A DNA stretch of 48,925 nt from Candidatus Sericytochromatia bacterium (GTDB lineage Bacteria > Cyanobacteriota > Sericytochromatia > S15B-MN24 > JAQBPE01): contig JAYKHR010000120.1 of the NCBI GenBank assembly GCA_035285125.1, positions 1 through 48,925 on the forward strand, written 5' to 3'. Positions within the stretch are counted from its first letter, which is position 1, and the number at the start of each line of letters is the position of its first letter. The notes beneath the pieces were generated by a model that saw only the letters and a list, made by a program, of their open reading frames with translations, ran no database searches and had not been told where the DNA came from. Shown piece after piece: positions 36,718 to 45,670 of the stretch. Position numbers and translations under genes: made by a program.

Positions 36718-38889
36718 ATGCCCCCCACGTCGAACCGCGAAGCGATTTTCGCCCTCGACATCGGCACCCGCAACGTCATCGGCCTCGTGGCCCGGCAGGA
36801 CGGCGAACGCCTGCACGTCGAGGCCATCGTGCAGCAGGAACACGAGGAGCGGGCCATGCGGGACGGCCAGATTCACGACATCCCCAAGGTCGTGCGGGCC
36901 GTGCGCGCCGTGCGGCAGCAACTGGAGGCCACGACGGGCCAGCGCCTCTCGCAGGTCGCCATCGCGGCCGCCGGCCGCGCGTTGCAGACCCACCGGGCCC
37001 GGGCGAGCCAGGACGTCGGTCTCGAGCACATGATCGACAAGGAGCGCCTTCGTGGGCTGGAGCTTGCAGCCATCCAGGGCGCCGTCGGCTCGTTGCGCTC
37101 GGATGAGCACCACTGCGTCGGCTACTCCATCGTGCACTACTACCTCGACGGCCAGCCGATCGCAAACCTCGAGGGCCAGCGCGGCAAGACCATCGAGGTC
37201 GAGCTGATCGCGACCTTCCTGCCGCGCGTGGTCACGGACTCGCTGGTGGCTGTCTGTCACCAGGCGGGTCTTGAGGTGCTCAACCTGACGCTGGAGCCGA
37301 TCGCGGCCATCAACGCCGCCGTGCCCGCGAACATGCGCGCCCTGAACCTTGCGCTGGTGGACATCGGGGCTGGCACCTCGGACATCGCCATCACGAACGG
37401 GGGCACCGTGACGGCCTACGCGATGGTGCCGCAGGCGGGCGACTCCCTCACGGAGGCGATCGCCGAGGCCTACCTGCTCGACTTCATGGAGGCCGAGCGG
37501 GTCAAGCATGCCGTGACGGTCGACGGCGCCGTGACCTTCACGGACGTGCTCGGCATCTCCCACACCTTCGCGACGGAGGCCGTGCGGCAGACGGTGCGGC
37601 CTGCACTCGAGATGCTCGTGAGCCAGATCGCCGAGCAGATTGCGGGGCTCAACACCAAGCCGCCGTCGGCGGCCATCTTGATCGGTGGCGGGGCGCTGTT
37701 CCCGGGCGTCGGTCCGATGCTTGCGCAGGCCCTCGGGTTGCCCGAGAACCGCGTCGCCGTCCGCGGCACCGAGATGGTGAAGCGCCTCGAGGACTGCCCG
37801 CCGCTGCTGGCCGGGCCGATGGGCGTGACGCCAGTCGGCATCGCGCTGGCCGTGCTGGAGGCCCCGGGCTTCCGGTTCCTCACGGTGTACCTGGATGGCC
37901 GGGTCATGAACCTGGAAGACTGGGGGCAGACGCGCGTGCAGGATGCCCTCGTGGCGGGGGGCTACGACCTGGCCGCGCTCACGCCCAAGCCCGGCCAGAT
38001 CATCCACGTGACGGTCAACGGCGAGCGCCGCCCCTTCCCGGGCCAGCCCGGGGGGCACACGCGCATCTTGCTGAACGGCCAGCCCACCACGCCGGACGCC
38101 CCGCTGGCCGACGGGGCCGCGATCGAGGTCGTGCGCCCGAGGCCAGGCGAGGCCGACATCCCGCTGCGGGTCTCCGACATCGTGGACCTCTCGCCCGTCT
38201 CGGTGCAGATCAACGGCCTGCACCTCGACTTCCCGCCCCTCGTGAAGGTCAACGGGCAGTCGATCATGGGCGATCGCCACCTCCAAGATGCAGACACCGT
38301 CACGGTGGACCGCACGGTGCGTGCCTTGATGGTGCAGGCCGGCCTCATCGAGACGCCGGACTCCGTTTTGCACTACTACTTCGAGGGTGAGCCCCGCGAG
38401 TACCTCCTGAGGCGCATCAAGGTCACGATCAACGGCCAGCCCGGGGTGGTGGAGAGCGAGATTGGCGGCGGCGAGGTCGTCGAGGTCACGCAGCAGCTTT
38501 ACCCGCACCCCACGGTTCGGGACGTGCTGCCTCAGGGCAGCGACGTGCTGGACGTGCGGCTCGATGACCGCCCTCTGAACGTGGTCAACCCGGGGCTGCA
38601 GGTCCTGATGGGGGGCGAGCCCGTTTCCCTCGACACGCCCCTGGCGGAGGGCGCCCAGCTGCGCCGCGATCTGGGGCGGCGCCTGACGGTGGCGGACCTG
38701 CTGCCGCTCGTGCACGCGCAGCTCGACGGCGACGAGAGCGACGAGTTGCTTGTCACGGTGGATGGCAAGTTCGCGGATCTGACGACGGCGATCACACCCG
38801 GCAGCGTGATCGAGGTGCTGACCGAGGATCCCGGCTCCCCAGAGCCTGAAGGCGCGTCCGTGCTGGGCCTCGACGGCTTCGGCGGCTGA
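36718..38889 (+). CDS. FtsA/PilM-family actin-like ATPase with a C-terminal array of ubiquitin-like (ThiS/MoaD-type) repeats
   Basis: IFALDIGTR, MRDGQIHDI, LEPIAA, LVDIGAGTSDIAI, AG..LTEAIA and LIGGGA; C-terminal repeats of the form V.VNG......L.DG..IEV; TACAAT at 36677. Confidence 0.85.
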   Translation: MPPTSNREAIFALDIGTRNVIGLVARQDGERLHVEAIVQQEHEERAMRDGQIHDIPKVVRAVRAVRQQLEATTGQRLSQVAIAAAGRALQTHRARASQDVGLEHMIDKERLRGLELAAIQGAVGSLRSDEHHCVGYSIVHYYLDGQPIANLEGQRGKTIEVELIATFLPRVVTDSLVAVCHQAGLEVLNLTLEPIAAINAAVPANMRALNLALVDIGAGTSDIAITNGGTVTAYAMVPQAGDSLTEAIAEAYLLDFMEAERVKHAVTVDGAVTFTDVLGISHTFATEAVRQTVRPALEMLVSQIAEQIAGLNTKPPSAAILIGGGALFPGVGPMLAQALGLPENRVAVRGTEMVKRLEDCPPLLAGPMGVTPVGIALAVLEAPGFRFLTVYLDGRVMNLEDWGQTRVQDALVAGGYDLAALTPKPGQIIHVTVNGERRPFPGQPGGHTRILLNGQPTTPDAPLADGAAIEVVRPRPGEADIPLRVSDIVDLSPVSVQINGLHLDFPPLVKVNGQSIMGDRHLQDADTVTVDRTVRALMVQAGLIETPDSVLHYYFEGEPREYLLRRIKVTINGQPGVVESEIGGGEVVEVTQQLYPHPTVRDVLPQGSDVLDVRLDDRPLNVVNPGLQVLMGGEPVSLDTPLAEGAQLRRDLGRRLTVADLLPLVHAQLDGDESDELLVTVDGKFADLTTAITPGSVIEVLTEDPGSPEPEGASVLGLDGFGG

Positions 38890-39012
38890 GCGACCGGCAG
38901 CCCCGGGCCCCCGGCTCACGTTGGCAGGGGCATTCCAGGGTACGGTATCTCCACGGGACCTCAAGCGTCGCACCCATCGTTCCGATAGGAAGGACGGGGA
39001 AAGGAGGGCCGC

Positions 39013-40635
39013 ATGGCGGTTCCCGATCCGCGGGCCTTGCTGGAAGCGTGCCTGCACCAAACTGGAGAGCTGAGGCTGCCCGCCGCCGGGACCAGCATGT
39101 GGCCCGAGCTGCGTGCTGGAGACGAGCTGCGGCTGATGCGGGTTGCCTACGAGGCGATTCGCCCGGGCGACATCCTGCTCGTGCATCAGGAGGTCCCGGC
39201 GCGTGGCAGCCACCCCGCCAGGACCGTTCTGCTGGCCCACCGGGTGCTGAAGACCTACCTGGAGAGCGGGCGCGCCATGCTCCTTACCAAGGGAGACCAC
39301 CGTGCGATGGCGGATCCGCCCGTCTTCTTCGAGCAGGTCGTCGGGCGCGTCGAGGAGGCCTGGCGCGCAGGCCAGCCCGTCTACCGCCGGGAGGAAAAGG
39401 CCCGCGCCTCGGCGTGGCGGGCAGCCTTCGGGCGCCTCGAAGACGCCACCTGGACCTGGGTGATGGAGCGAGGCCTGGGAGCCCGGCCCGCGAGCCCCGA
39501 GGCCCAGGCGCTCTGCGAACTGCTGTCGTACTGCCTCGACTGGACGGCCGTGCCTGCCTTGCCTGCCCAGGTGGACTGGCGGGAGGTCTACGCGCTCGCC
39601 CGGGCCGGCAGGTTCACGCCGCTGCTCTCGCACAAGCCCGTGCCGGGGGCACCGGCCTGGTTCACGGCGGACTGTCAGCGCGACCTGCGGGAAAACCAGG
39701 CCCACCGCCTGCTGCTCGACCAGCAGCTCGGCGCCGTCGTGGAGGCCTTTGCTGCCCGGGGTGTGCCCGTGCTGGTGGTGAAGGGGCCCGTCCACGCGGA
39801 GCAGCTTTACGCCAACCCCTACTGGCGCCCGATGGTCGATCTTGACCTCGTCGTGCGGCCAGAGCACTGGGAGGCGGGCTTGGCGGTGCTCGCCAGCCTT
39901 GGCTTCGAAGAGGAGCAGTCGCGCTGGGCTCGCCTCACGGAGCGCCTCACGGGCCAGGTGGCCATGCTCAAGCCGTTGGGGCCCTTCGTCGCCGCCGTCG
40001 AGCTGCACCGCAACCTCGACATCCTCTCGGAGCGGCTCGCCGTGCGCGGCTCGGTCCAGGTCGAGCGGGCCTGGGACGAGGCCCTCGAGGTGGGCGTGGG
40101 CGGGGTCACGGTCGAGACCCTCTCGCCGGAGGCCGCGCTCGCTTACGCCAGCACGCATTGGGCCCAGCACCACTTCTACAACTCCGTCTGGCTCCTCGAC
40201 ATCGCCCTGATGGCGTCCCGGCCGGGCCTGGACTGGCAGAAGCTCGTCGATGACGCCCAGCAGGACGGCACGGCCAACTTCGTCTGGACCTCGCTCTCGC
40301 TGGCCGAGTCGCTTTACGGAGCGCCCGTGCCGCGCGCCGTGCTGGCCGCACTGCGGCCCAGCCGGGGGCGTGCGGCGCTGGTCGAGCGGCTGAGCTGGGC
40401 AAAGGCGTCTGCCACCTTCGAGGAGCGGGCGGACGTTCGCTCGCTGCTGCTGCAACTGGCCCTGGTTCCTCGCTGGCGCTGGGCCCTCGGCGGGCTCCTG
40501 GCCGGCGTGTTCCCGAGCCGCGACTGGCTGTGCCAGCACTACGTCGCCGCCAGTGGCGAGCGGGCCGGTCACCTCCGGCTGCTCGGGCGCCACTGGCGAC
40601 GGCTCGGCGCGATGGTTTTCGGCGTCAACCCCTGA
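39013..40635 (+). CDS. S24/S26-like peptidase domain fused to an NTP_transf_5-type nucleotidyltransferase
   Basis: GTSMWPEL..GD, AHRV and TKGD (Ser/His signal-peptidase-like); KGP...LY....RPMVDLDLVV, VELH, WLLDI and LDW; AAGGAGG SD. Confidence 0.8.
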   Translation: MAVPDPRALLEACLHQTGELRLPAAGTSMWPELRAGDELRLMRVAYEAIRPGDILLVHQEVPARGSHPARTVLLAHRVLKTYLESGRAMLLTKGDHRAMADPPVFFEQVVGRVEEAWRAGQPVYRREEKARASAWRAAFGRLEDATWTWVMERGLGARPASPEAQALCELLSYCLDWTAVPALPAQVDWREVYALARAGRFTPLLSHKPVPGAPAWFTADCQRDLRENQAHRLLLDQQLGAVVEAFAARGVPVLVVKGPVHAEQLYANPYWRPMVDLDLVVRPEHWEAGLAVLASLGFEEEQSRWARLTERLTGQVAMLKPLGPFVAAVELHRNLDILSERLAVRGSVQVERAWDEALEVGVGGVTVETLSPEAALAYASTHWAQHHFYNSVWLLDIALMASRPGLDWQKLVDDAQQDGTANFVWTSLSLAESLYGAPVPRAVLAALRPSRGRAALVERLSWAKASATFEERADVRSLLLQLALVPRWRWALGGLLAGVFPSRDWLCQHYVAASGERAGHLRLLGRHWRRLGAMVFGVNP

Positions 40636-40786
40636 AGCGCCTGGGTCTGAGCCGCTTCTCCTCGAGCACCTGTCGCTGCGATTGCTCCAGGAGTTCCTCT
40701 TCGTCCTCCACGTACTGCGCGTACGGGGACGGCTCGTCCGTGTCGCCGTCCTGTGGCTGGTGCTGGTGGTCGCGTGCGAAGCCCAT
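40625..40786 (-). CDS. Small hypothetical protein, 53 aa (not in the ORF track)
   Basis: GGGAGGG SD; translated by hand: MGFARDHQHQPQDGDTDEPSPYAQYVEDEEELLEQSQRQVLEEKRLRPRRFRG; fills the gap between two + strand genes. Confidence 0.55.
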   Translation of the reverse strand: MGFARDHQHQPQDGDTDEPSPYAQYVEDEEELLEQSQRQVLEEKRLRPRRFRG

Positions 40787-40976
40787 ATCCCCCTCCCTGC
40801 CTGCCGGCCGCGCCTCGGGAGATCGGCCGGAGTGCCTCTCTGAGGCTTGTATACCCGGGTTGTCCTGGCCTTGAATGCTCTCGTTGCTGCATCAATGAAG
40901 CGGGCAGGACGCCCGGTGTGGGCGTCCTGCCGTGTTAGAATCTGACGCTCCCCCTCCGTGTACTAAGGAGAACCGC

Positions 40977-41231
40977 ATGGAAGGCAACGGCTTTCGAACC
41001 CTCGGCGAGTGCGAGTTCGGCAACGTCTGGTTCGTGGAGGGCGAGGGCAAGGTCGTCGTCAACGCCTACCAGGCGGCGCTGTACTTCGGGGTAGACGACT
41101 TCGCGCAGTTCGCGGGGATGATCGCCGACGCCAAGCGTCGGCTCGGGGCGGACCGGGAGCCGCCCCCGCCGCCCCCGCCGCCCACCAACTCGAAGATCCG
41201 GCAGTTCCGGCCGGCGCCGCGCGACGACTGA
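40977..41231 (+). CDS. Small hypothetical protein, 84 aa, with poly-Pro tail
   Basis: TAAGGAG SD; extended -10 TGnTAGAAT at 40933-40941; strong GC3 bias. Confidence 0.8.
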   Translation: MEGNGFRTLGECEFGNVWFVEGEGKVVVNAYQAALYFGVDDFAQFAGMIADAKRRLGADREPPPPPPPPTNSKIRQFRPAPRDD

Positions 41232-41317
41232 GGCCAGGCCTCCTGCCACGCCGCAGGGGGCCCCGGCAGGGAACCCGGTGGCCGCCCTCGGCGTCTTCCA
41301 GGTACAGGAGGTGCGAA

Positions 41318-42649
41318 ATGACGGTGCGAGCGTTCTGGTTGCTTGGCCTGACGGTGGGCGGGCTCGCGGGTGGGCCTGCGCTCGCCGAGGCCGCTCCTGT
41401 GAGCCAGGCCGCAGCAGGCTACCAGCCCAGCGTGGTGGGGGTGTACAGGCCTGACGCGCACCCCGTGTGGGGGGCCTTCGAGCGTGCCCTCGGGGCGACG
41501 GGCCGGGTCTCGCTGGTCGCGCCGCGGCCCCCGGGCGGCGGCAGCGGGGCCTTCACCGCCGCGATGGCCGCGCTGGCCCGACCCGGGGTGCGGACCTTCG
41601 TGCTCGAGCCCTCGTTCTCGATGGGCGCGCTCGCCACCACCGAGCCGGAGACGCAAGAACAGAGCCAGGGAGGCGGGAGCACCTCCTACACCGTCACGGT
41701 TGCGCTCGCATTGCCGCTGCACATGCGGGCCACGTTGCGCGAGGTCGGCACGGGCCGCGTGGTGGAGCAGGTGGCCTCCACCGTGACGCTGACGCGGCCT
41801 GTCTCCTACTCGTACACGAGGCAGACCCCCAAGGCCGAGGTGCGCCGCCTGGCCAGCGAGGCAGCCCAGCGGCTGGAACTGCAGCGGGCGCGCCCACCGC
41901 AGGATGTCTTTGCGGACGAGCTGGCTGCCAGCCTGGACGACCTCGCCGAACGGGTTGCCGAGGAGCTGGTCCGGCGGCCCACGTTCCGGCTGATCGTCCC
42001 CATCGCGCGCCTGGAGCCGGCCCAGGACCGCGTCTACCTGGGGCTGGGCCGCAACGTTCGCCTGCGCTGGGATGACGGCTTCCGGGTGATCCGCGGCGGC
42101 CAGCAGATCGGCTTCGTCAAGGTGCGCGAGCTGGGGGATGGCGTGAGCGCCGCCCAACCGCTCTACGTGAAGGCGCCTTTCGCGGTGGGCGATCGCCTGG
42201 AGGAGGACGATCAGGTTGGCATCCACGGGGGCCTGCGCCTCCTCGGGGGGCTGCTGCCGATGTCGCCCGGGGCCCTGTCGGCGCCAGCTCTTGGGGCTGG
42301 GCTGGCGCTGGAGGCCGACGTTGCGCCCTACATCCCGACCTCCGAGATGTACGTCACGGCGAGCGGGGTCGGCCTCTGGTCGCCTGGCGGCGCGGTGGGG
42401 GGCATGGTCGACGCCGGGCTGGCGCGCCGCTTCTTCGTGCGCCAGACGGCCTACAAGCTGGCGGCCAAGGGGGCCGTCGCCGTGACCGGGGCAGGCCTGC
42501 TGCCCGGCGGTGGGCTGGGCCTGGGGGTGGAGCACCACCTGCACGAGTACGTGCAGGTCTCGGCAGAGCTCGAGGGCCTGGCCTGGCAGGTGCCGGGCGG
42601 CTGGGCCGTGGGCCCCTTGGCCCGGGTGGGGATGACCCTGATGTTCTAG
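41318..42649 (+). CDS. Outer-membrane protein: signal peptide, FlgT/CsgG-like periplasmic part, C-terminal beta-barrel
   Basis: AGGAGG SD; ALA cleavage site; RVYLGLG...F.V..G..IG.VKV...S.A......VGD (FlgT C-terminal-like); amphipathic strands ending VGMTLMF. Confidence 0.65.
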   Translation: MTVRAFWLLGLTVGGLAGGPALAEAAPVSQAAAGYQPSVVGVYRPDAHPVWGAFERALGATGRVSLVAPRPPGGGSGAFTAAMAALARPGVRTFVLEPSFSMGALATTEPETQEQSQGGGSTSYTVTVALALPLHMRATLREVGTGRVVEQVASTVTLTRPVSYSYTRQTPKAEVRRLASEAAQRLELQRARPPQDVFADELAASLDDLAERVAEELVRRPTFRLIVPIARLEPAQDRVYLGLGRNVRLRWDDGFRVIRGGQQIGFVKVRELGDGVSAAQPLYVKAPFAVGDRLEEDDQVGIHGGLRLLGGLLPMSPGALSAPALGAGLALEADVAPYIPTSEMYVTASGVGLWSPGGAVGGMVDAGLARRFFVRQTAYKLAAKGAVAVTGAGLLPGGGLGLGVEHHLHEYVQVSAELEGLAWQVPGGWAVGPLARVGMTLMF

Positions 42650-42774
42650 ATGCGGCGTCGGTGCTGCTGGGACACCCCCGTCACCAGCCTGGCGCTGTCC
42701 GCGAGGCAGCGGGTGCCAGGCCTCCCGCTCGGCGGAGCCCTCAGCCCGAGGGAGACGGCGTCCATTTTTCGGGG

Positions 42775-42795
42775 TTGACATAACAATGTTATGTC
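42775..42795. promoter_or_regulatory. Perfect 9-1-9 palindrome (putative operator) overlapping TTGACA
   Basis: GACATAACA-A-TGTTATGTC at 42777-42795; TTGACA at 42775-42780. Confidence 0.7.
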
Positions 42796-42859
42796 GCGCG
42801 CAACCCGGGCATGATTCCCGATGCCCCGCGGAAGCTGCGGGCCTTGGGGAGGGTGCCGC

Positions 42860-45508
42860 ATGCCACATCGGGGGTTGGGGCGTGCGGCGCTCGGCGTGGT
42901 GGCAACAGGGCTCACGGCCTGCTCGTCCGGGCCCTTTGCGGGAGCCGCCGACATCCCCCCCGGTGGTCGCACCCGCTTGGCCGCGCCGGCGTCGGTGGGG
43001 CAGGCCTTGGGCCCCGCGGGCAGCCCGGCCGGGGGGGGGCGCGATGCCGAGCCGGCCAGTGAGCGGTCTCGCCCCGTGGGCGTCCGGGGTGTGGTTGCCC
43101 TGCCTGCTGCCTGGCTGACGCAGGCACCCGTGGTGGCACGGCAAGGGTTGGCCGTGGCGGATGGGGCCTCGGTGATCGGGCAGAACGGGGCCTCGGTGAT
43201 CGGGCAGAACGGGGCTGCGCTCATTGGCGATGGGGGCGTTCGGCTGGCGGGGGTTCGAGTCCGGCTGCGTACCGCCGGGGGGGCCGTCGTGCGGAGCCTG
43301 GCGGGGGATCCCGTGGAGGCCGTGACGGACGCCGTGGGGGCGTTCGAGCTGCCGCCGCACACGGTGAATGGGCAGGCCGTGATCGAGGTCGAGGCCCCGG
43401 CGCTGGGTGGGGCGTTGCTGGCCCTTGCCCCGCGTGAGGGGGCTGAGGCCGTGCGCGTCGACGTCTACACCACGCTCGTCATGAGGGAGATCCTGGATGG
43501 CCTCGTGCAGCAGCAGCAGGCGTTGCTCGACCGCCTGCCCGGCCCCCTCGTCGAGGCGGCCGGCGAGCGCCTGGCCGGGGCCTTGCCCCCAGATCGGCTG
43601 GGTGGCCTGACGCCTCGGAGTCTCGAGCCAGAGGCCCTGCGGGAGACGGTTCGCACGGCGGTGCTGGCTTCGAGTGTGGTGTCGGACGCGTTCGAGGAAC
43701 TCTCGGCGGCACTCGTGGTGGCGGGCACGCAGCGGGATGACGACGGCCAGGCTGCTGCTGGGGCGGCGCTCGGGGAGGTGACGGCGCTGCTGCCCGACGG
43801 GGCCGAGGCCTGGCTGTTCTCCCAGAGCCGCCACGTGGTCTGGCGGCTGGATGCGGGGGGCAAGCTGCATGTTGCCGTGGCCTCCGGCGCGTGGGGCTAT
43901 CCCGATGAGGCCGCCGCACCGCCGCAGCACCCGACGGTCTCCGGGATGGTCCGCTGGCAAGGTGGGCTGGCGCTGGCTGACACGCTGCGCCACCGGGTGG
44001 TGCACCTTGCCGGGGGAGCCGTGCGCGTGCTTGCGGGCACGGGGCTCGCCGGCCGCTCCACCTTGCCTGCCCGCGCGGCCGCGGCCGCGTTGGCTTTCCC
44101 CACGGGCGTCGCCGAGTTGCCGGATGGCCGCCTCGCCATCGCGGAGGCGGGCCAAGATCGTGTGCTGGCTTTGGCTGCTGACGGGCGCCTGGAAGTCTTG
44201 CTGGGGGAGGACGCCCGCGAAGACACCCCCGCCTCCCCCACCGACATGCTGCGGACCCCCCTCGGCCTGGCTGCCGACGCCACCTCCCTGTGGGTCGTCG
44301 ACCATGGCCACGATCGGCTGCGGCGGTTGCGTCTGGCCGATGGCCTGGTGGAGGACGTCGCGCTGGGGCGCGCCCTGCGGGGGCCCCTGGCCGTGGGGCT
44401 CTCGGCGGCTGGGCCCCTGGTGATGGAGCACCGGCACGGGGGCCTCACGGCCTTCGACGCGGGCCAGGCCGGCGCCCGGCTGACGCTGCCGGGCGAGGAG
44501 CCCCTCGGCTGGCTTGGGGCGCTCGGGTGGGATGGCCGGCGCGGGTTGGTGGTGGACGGGCAGGGCCGCGTGGTCGCCTTCGAGGGGCGCTTGGAGGGGC
44601 CGCGCGTCGTGGCTGGTGATCCGCAGGTCCGGTCCTGGGAGCGGTTCACCGGGGCCACCCGCCTCGCCGTGGCGCCTGATGGCCGCGTCTTCGTCGCCGA
44701 CCCCTCGGCGAGGCGCCTGTACGTCATCGAGTCCGACGGCGCGACGCGCGTCGCGGCTGGCTCCGGGGCGGAGGGCTTCCTGCAGGGCGGCCAGTACGCC
44801 TGGCGCACGCCTCTGGGCCCGCTCACCGCGGTGGTGGCGAGCCCGCGCGGGGGGGTCGCGCTGGCTGTCTCGGGTGCTTTTCCCTGTTTGAAGTGGCTCG
44901 ATGGGGACGGGCACCTCACCACGCTGGTGGGCGACGGACGCCCCGGCCACGGAAGCGCCGGGGAGGGGCCGGCCACGGGCGTGTCGCTCGGCAGCCCGGC
45001 TGAGCTGGCCTACATGCCGGACGGTCGGCTCGTGTTCTACGATGCGGATCTTGACCGCATGCTCGTGCTGGAGGCCGACGGCCACGTCCGGGCGATGGCT
45101 GCCTGGGCCGACCTGCGCGCGCCTCGCGCGCTGCGCGCGGCCGGAGGGGGGGCGTTCGTGTGCATCGAAGGGGGCGGCGAGCGCGTCATCCGGCTCGTCG
45201 GCACGGCGCGCGAGGTTTTGGCGACGCGGGCGGAGATCGAGCCTCTGATGGCGTTCGGGGCCCTGACGGCCGCACTGCTCGGGCCAGACGGCTCGCTGTG
45301 GCTCGGGGGCGAGCGGCGGGTCCTGCGGAAAGACCCTGGCGGCCCCCTGCGGGTGTTTGCGGGGCCCGGCGGCGAGGTGCTGTCCCAGCCCGGGGGTGAC
45401 GAGACGCTGCGGGACGTGCGTGACCTGGCCTTCGATGCCGAGGGTCGCCTGCTGATCCTCGAACTCGACCAGCTGAAGCGGGTCGTTCTGCCGTCCCGGG
45501 GGCGCTGA
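42860..45508 (+). CDS. Lipoprotein with NHL-like beta-propeller repeats
   Basis: GGAGG SD; lipobox LTAC; repeats such as LAFPTGVAELPDGRLAIAE, LRTPLGLA and LAVAPDGRVFVAD. Confidence 0.8.
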   Translation: MPHRGLGRAALGVVATGLTACSSGPFAGAADIPPGGRTRLAAPASVGQALGPAGSPAGGGRDAEPASERSRPVGVRGVVALPAAWLTQAPVVARQGLAVADGASVIGQNGASVIGQNGAALIGDGGVRLAGVRVRLRTAGGAVVRSLAGDPVEAVTDAVGAFELPPHTVNGQAVIEVEAPALGGALLALAPREGAEAVRVDVYTTLVMREILDGLVQQQQALLDRLPGPLVEAAGERLAGALPPDRLGGLTPRSLEPEALRETVRTAVLASSVVSDAFEELSAALVVAGTQRDDDGQAAAGAALGEVTALLPDGAEAWLFSQSRHVVWRLDAGGKLHVAVASGAWGYPDEAAAPPQHPTVSGMVRWQGGLALADTLRHRVVHLAGGAVRVLAGTGLAGRSTLPARAAAAALAFPTGVAELPDGRLAIAEAGQDRVLALAADGRLEVLLGEDAREDTPASPTDMLRTPLGLAADATSLWVVDHGHDRLRRLRLADGLVEDVALGRALRGPLAVGLSAAGPLVMEHRHGGLTAFDAGQAGARLTLPGEEPLGWLGALGWDGRRGLVVDGQGRVVAFEGRLEGPRVVAGDPQVRSWERFTGATRLAVAPDGRVFVADPSARRLYVIESDGATRVAAGSGAEGFLQGGQYAWRTPLGPLTAVVASPRGGVALAVSGAFPCLKWLDGDGHLTTLVGDGRPGHGSAGEGPATGVSLGSPAELAYMPDGRLVFYDADLDRMLVLEADGHVRAMAAWADLRAPRALRAAGGGAFVCIEGGGERVIRLVGTAREVLATRAEIEPLMAFGALTAALLGPDGSLWLGGERRVLRKDPGGPLRVFAGPGGEVLSQPGGDETLRDVRDLAFDAEGRLLILELDQLKRVVLPSRGR
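43163..43234 (+). repeat. 24-nt tandem repeat encoding GASVIGQN x2 plus a degenerate third copy
   Basis: ggggcctcggtgatcgggcagaac exact at 43163 and 43187. Confidence 0.9.
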
Positions 45509-45670
45509 ACCGACCACCAGAAGGGTAGCCGGGGGGGCTCTGGCCGTTTCCTCAAGTTGTGGGACAATGGAGCGGACGACCAGGATGCTGGGCCATCGCA
45601 GCCCGACGCAGGCGTCAGCTTGCCCGCCGAGCGGGCATTGCCGCCTCCACAGAAAGAGGACCCCACCACC

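Noticed and set aside
36718..38889. Assigning the gene symbol ftsA or pilM
   Set aside because: There is no dcw or pilMNOPQ context and the C-terminus is atypical, so orthology cannot be supported.
36307..40593. 1428-aa - strand ORF
   Set aside because: It lies antisense to well-supported + strand genes and has no motifs; it is a shadow ORF produced by strong GC3 bias.
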